Assembly (NCBI GenBank): GCA_938003715.1
Contig: CALKYK010000517.1
Span: 1-60,172, forward strand
Direction of reading: 5' to 3'
Length of the DNA stretch: 60,172 bases
Origin: an uncultured Gammaproteobacteria bacterium
GTDB lineage: Bacteria > Pseudomonadota > Gammaproteobacteria > Steroidobacterales > Woeseiaceae
Shown here: piece after piece, positions 57,404 to 60,172 of the stretch
Layout: every line of letters begins with the position of its first letter
Numbering within the stretch: the stretch's first letter is position 1
Program-made: the position numbers and the translations under genes
The notes under the pieces: model-generated
Databases searched by the model: none
What the model was told of the DNA's origin: nothing
The model's input: only the letters and a program-made list of their open reading frames with translations

Positions 57404-57753
57404 TTTCTTCTCCTGCTCGCGGCGCGTCCGGGCAGGCTAACGGACCGGCTCCGCCGCCGTCAAAGTCCCTGCACAGTGTGGATCGACAGCGCCCGGGTCT
57501 TTGACTAAGCTCGGATAAACGCTGCTGCCCGATACGGCCATGCATTCACACCCGACTTACAAGAAGACCCTGGAGTGGTGGCCGCCGCCACCGAACCGGT
57601 AACCGCTATCGTCATCGGCGCGGAGACCTGCCTGCAGAGCCCGGCTCTCCGACCTTGTCGCACATCGTGACCTGCCGGCACGACCCCTGCCGCCGATGCC
57701 CATAATCAGCCAGTCCACGCGGGGCGGGAATCGCTCCGTACCGAGGTGACGCA

Positions 57754-58665
57754 ATGCCGTTGAACATGAACCGAGAAGTCTTCATCACCTGTCCCGTGAC
57801 CGGGTCGGGCGGCACGCAGGACCGCTCGCCGCACGTGCCGCGCAGCCCGAAACAGATCGCCGAATCCGCGATCGAGGCGGCGAAGGCGGGTGCGGCCATC
57901 GTGCACTGCCATGTTCGCGACCCTGAAACCGGCAAGGCCTCGCGCAAGGTGGAATATTACAAGGAGGTCACCGAGCGCATCCGCGATTCGGACACCGACG
58001 TCGTGATCAACCTGACCGCCGGCATGGGCGGCGACCTCGTCACCGGCCCGCCCGAGAAGCCGCTGCCGCTCGACGAAAAAGGTACCGACATGGCGAGCGC
58101 CGAGGAACGCTGCGAGCACGTGCGCGTTTGCCGGCCCGAAATCTGCACCCTGGACTGCGGCACGATGAACTTCGCCGAGGCCGACTACGTGATGATGAAC
58201 ACGCCCGGCATGCTGCGGGCGATGGCGCAGCTGATGAAGGACTACGGCGCACGCGTCGAGATCGAGGCCTTCGAGACGGGGCACCTGTGGTTTGCGAAAC
58301 AGCTCGTTGAAGAGGGCCTCATCGAGGAACCGGTCATGGTGCAGCTCTGCATGGGCATACCCTGGGGCGCGCCGGACGACCTCAACACGTTCATGGCCAT
58401 GGTCAACAACATTCCCGACGACTGGATTTTCTCCGCGTTCTCACTGGGCCGTAACGAGATGCCGTTCGCCGCTGCAGCCATCCTGGCTGGCGGCAACGTC
58501 CGCGTCGGCCTCGAAGACAACCTGTATCTGGAGAAAGGCGTGCTCGCGACGAACGCGCAGCTCGTCGAGCGTGCGGTTCGCATCGTCACCGACATGGGCG
58601 CGAAGGTGATCGGCCCGGACGAGGTGCGCAAGAAACTGAAGGTCGAGAAGCGCGCACCGGCATGA
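57754..58665 (+). CDS. BKACE-family (3-keto-5-aminohexanoate cleavage, DUF849) enzyme; dehydrocarnitine cleavage enzyme candidate
   Basis: 303 aa. FITCPVTGSGG...SPKQIAESAIEAAKAGAAIVHCHVRDPETG is typical of BKACE. It is translationally coupled (ATGA) to the carnitine dehydrogenase gene. Confidence 0.85.
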   Translation: MPLNMNREVFITCPVTGSGGTQDRSPHVPRSPKQIAESAIEAAKAGAAIVHCHVRDPETGKASRKVEYYKEVTERIRDSDTDVVINLTAGMGGDLVTGPPEKPLPLDEKGTDMASAEERCEHVRVCRPEICTLDCGTMNFAEADYVMMNTPGMLRAMAQLMKDYGARVEIEAFETGHLWFAKQLVEEGLIEEPVMVQLCMGIPWGAPDDLNTFMAMVNNIPDDWIFSAFSLGRNEMPFAAAAILAGGNVRVGLEDNLYLEKGVLATNAQLVERAVRIVTDMGAKVIGPDEVRKKLKVEKRAPA

Positions 58666-60161
58666 CCGCGGCAGCGCAGCGCGCCGCGATTATCGGCGGC
58701 GGCGTGATCGGCGGCGGCTGGGCCGCACGATTCCTGCTCAACGGCTGGGACGTCGTCGTGCACGACCCGCACCCGCGCGCTGCCGAGCTTATCGATGCCG
58801 TGCTCGAGAACGCGCGCGCTGCCTTTCCCGCACTCGCCGACGTCGAGCTCCCGGCCGAAGGTGCGCTAACGTTTGCGGACTCCCCCGCCGCCGCGGTCGA
58901 CGGCGCCGACTGGATACAGGAAAGCGTGCCCGAGGACCTTGCGCTCAAGCACACGGTGATCGCGGCGATCGAGGAAGGCGCCGACGAGCAAGCGATCATC
59001 GCGTCGTCGACGTCGGGCTTCAAACCGTCCGAACTGCAGCAGCGCGCGAAACATCCTGAGCGCGTCATCGTGGCGCATCCGTTCAACCCGGTGTACCTGC
59101 TGCCGCTCGCCGAAGTCGTCTGCGGCGACGCGGTGCCGGAAGAAACGCGGAAGAAAGCCTGCGACGTTCTGGAGTCGATCGGCATGCGGCCGCTCGTCGT
59201 GCAGAAGCAGATAGACGCGCACATCGCCGACCGTTTTCTCGAAGCGGTGTGGCGCGAGGCGCTGTGGCTCGTCAACGACGAGGTCGCGACGACGGAAGAG
59301 ATCGACGAGGCGATCCGCATGGGCTTCGGCCTGCGCTGGGCGCAGATGGGCCTGTTCGAAACCTATCGCCTCGCCGGCGGCGAGGCCGGGATGCGGCACT
59401 TCATCGCGCAGTTCGGTCCGTGCCTCAAATGGCCGTGGACGAAACTCACCGACGTGCCGGAGCTGACCGACGAGCTGATCGATCGCATCGCGTCGCAATC
59501 GGATGCGCAGTCGGGCGGGCACTCGATACGGGAGCTGGAGCGCATCCGCGACCGGAACCTGGTCGGCATCCTGCGCTCGCTGAAAGAGCGCGACTGGGGC
59601 GCGGGTGCGGTACTGAACGCGTACGACCGGCGCCGCACGACAACCGACGGCGCATGGCCTTCGAACATCCCGACCGATGCGCCACTGCGAATCCTCGATC
59701 GCGTCGTGCTGCCGGGCTGGATCGACTACAACGGTCACATGACCGAGTTCCGCTACACGCAGGTGTTCAGCGACAGCTGCGACCGGATGCTGCTGATGCT
59801 CGGCATGGACCCAGACTACGTCGCGAACACGGGCGCCTGGTACACGGCCGAGACGCACACGATGCAGGTCGACGAGATCGGCGTGAACGAACGCATCTAC
59901 ACGACCCTGCAGGTGCTCATGAGCGACACGAAGCGGCTGCACGTTTTTTTCCGGCTGCACGCTGCGGACGACGATCGCCTGCGGGCGACCTGCGAGGCGA
60001 TGTACCTGCACGTCGGCAAGCAGTCAGGACGTGTCTGCGACGCAGAGCCCGACATGGTCGCGAAGGCGAAGCGGATCGCGGACGCGCACGCGGACCTGCC
60101 GGTGCCCGATGCGGTCGGCCGCCACGTCGGGCAGCGCCAAAAAGAAGGAAAGGCAACATGA
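58662..60161 (+). CDS. lcdH: L-carnitine dehydrogenase, long form with a C-terminal thioesterase-like domain
   Basis: 499 aa. Residues 1-320 are near-colinear with Pseudomonas LcdH/CdhC as I recall it (HPFNPVYLLPL.EVV, GMRPL.V.K.....IADR.LEA.WREAL.LVND.VATT.EID.AIR.G.GLRW, GMRHF.AQFGP). A hotdog-like tail of about 170 aa follows. Confidence 0.9.
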   Translation: MTAAAQRAAIIGGGVIGGGWAARFLLNGWDVVVHDPHPRAAELIDAVLENARAAFPALADVELPAEGALTFADSPAAAVDGADWIQESVPEDLALKHTVIAAIEEGADEQAIIASSTSGFKPSELQQRAKHPERVIVAHPFNPVYLLPLAEVVCGDAVPEETRKKACDVLESIGMRPLVVQKQIDAHIADRFLEAVWREALWLVNDEVATTEEIDEAIRMGFGLRWAQMGLFETYRLAGGEAGMRHFIAQFGPCLKWPWTKLTDVPELTDELIDRIASQSDAQSGGHSIRELERIRDRNLVGILRSLKERDWGAGAVLNAYDRRRTTTDGAWPSNIPTDAPLRILDRVVLPGWIDYNGHMTEFRYTQVFSDSCDRMLLMLGMDPDYVANTGAWYTAETHTMQVDEIGVNERIYTTLQVLMSDTKRLHVFFRLHAADDDRLRATCEAMYLHVGKQSGRVCDAEPDMVAKAKRIADAHADLPVPDAVGRHVGQRQKEGKAT

Positions 60162-60172
60162 ATTTCGGAATG
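60158..60172 (+). CDS. 5' end of a downstream gene truncated by the window edge
   Basis: ATG at 60158 overlaps the lcdH stop (ATGA). Only MNFGM is visible. Confidence 0.2.

Noticed and set aside
57560-57700. Glycine-riboswitch-like fragments (CTGGAGTGG...CACCGAACCGGTAACC) in the 350-bp region between the dehydrogenase paralog and the BKACE gene
   Set aside because: Only loose resemblance to the GGAGAG / CACCGAAGGGGCAA core. I could not find the second conserved segment (CTCAGGCAAAAGGAC-like) or convincing P1/P3 pairing. A covariance-model scan (Rfam RF00504) would settle it, so it is not claimed.
1-60172. Scan for CRISPR arrays, tRNA/rRNA genes, transposases, integrases, phage genes and known defence-system genes
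   Set aside because: I saw no regularly spaced direct repeats, no tRNA T-arm/acceptor-like structures in intergenic regions, and no ORF with transposase, integrase, restriction-modification, Cas or abortive-infection motifs. This is an absence call from visual inspection only.

Overview
High-GC (by eye mid-60s %, not computed) proteobacterial chromosomal segment with about 50 protein-coding genes. I found no rRNA, tRNA, CRISPR array, transposase or integrase. Most of the window is catabolic and envelope housekeeping. It holds a minus-strand operon of ALDH, Nu-class GST, two SDRs, an aromatic-acid MFS transporter and a molybdopterin hydroxylase subunit. It also holds many secreted or lipoprotein hydrolases: Tat-amidase, AmiD, PhoA-like phosphatase, C69-like peptidase, beta-lactamase-fold hydrolase, D-aminoacylase and a beta-propeller-amidohydrolase. 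A quaternary-amine (carnitine, glycine betaine, dimethylglycine, sarcosine) catabolic region covers about 43.2-44.7 kb and 51.3-60.2 kb. The standout is a compositionally distinct, lower-GC island of about 6.5 kb (44.7-51.3 kb) that splits this catabolic region. It is bracketed by two directly oriented copies of a REP-like palindromic repeat (28 bp identical). It encodes an RHS/YD-repeat polymorphic toxin with a Sec-type signal and no PAAR or VgrG in view. The toxin has an even lower-GC C-terminal tip carrying a JAB/MPN-like E...HxH...SxxD pattern (DUF4329-like from memory). Two small lipoprotein genes follow it, and the first is the immunity candidate. Four otherwise well-conserved genes carry single lesions: an in-frame TAG in the PhoA-like gene, an in-frame TAA in rhs, a frameshift in a lipoprotein gene, and ATA where a dehydrogenase start codon is expected. 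These could be real pseudogenisation or consensus errors. Other items worth a look are a Ser/Thr kinase-HDOD fusion, a phosphoethanolamine-methyltransferase-like plus SULT-type sulfotransferase pair, a C69-family homolog with Ser in place of the Cys nucleophile, and a non-pyrrolysine MttB homolog with no corrinoid partner. All family calls come from reading motifs in the supplied translations; no database search was run.
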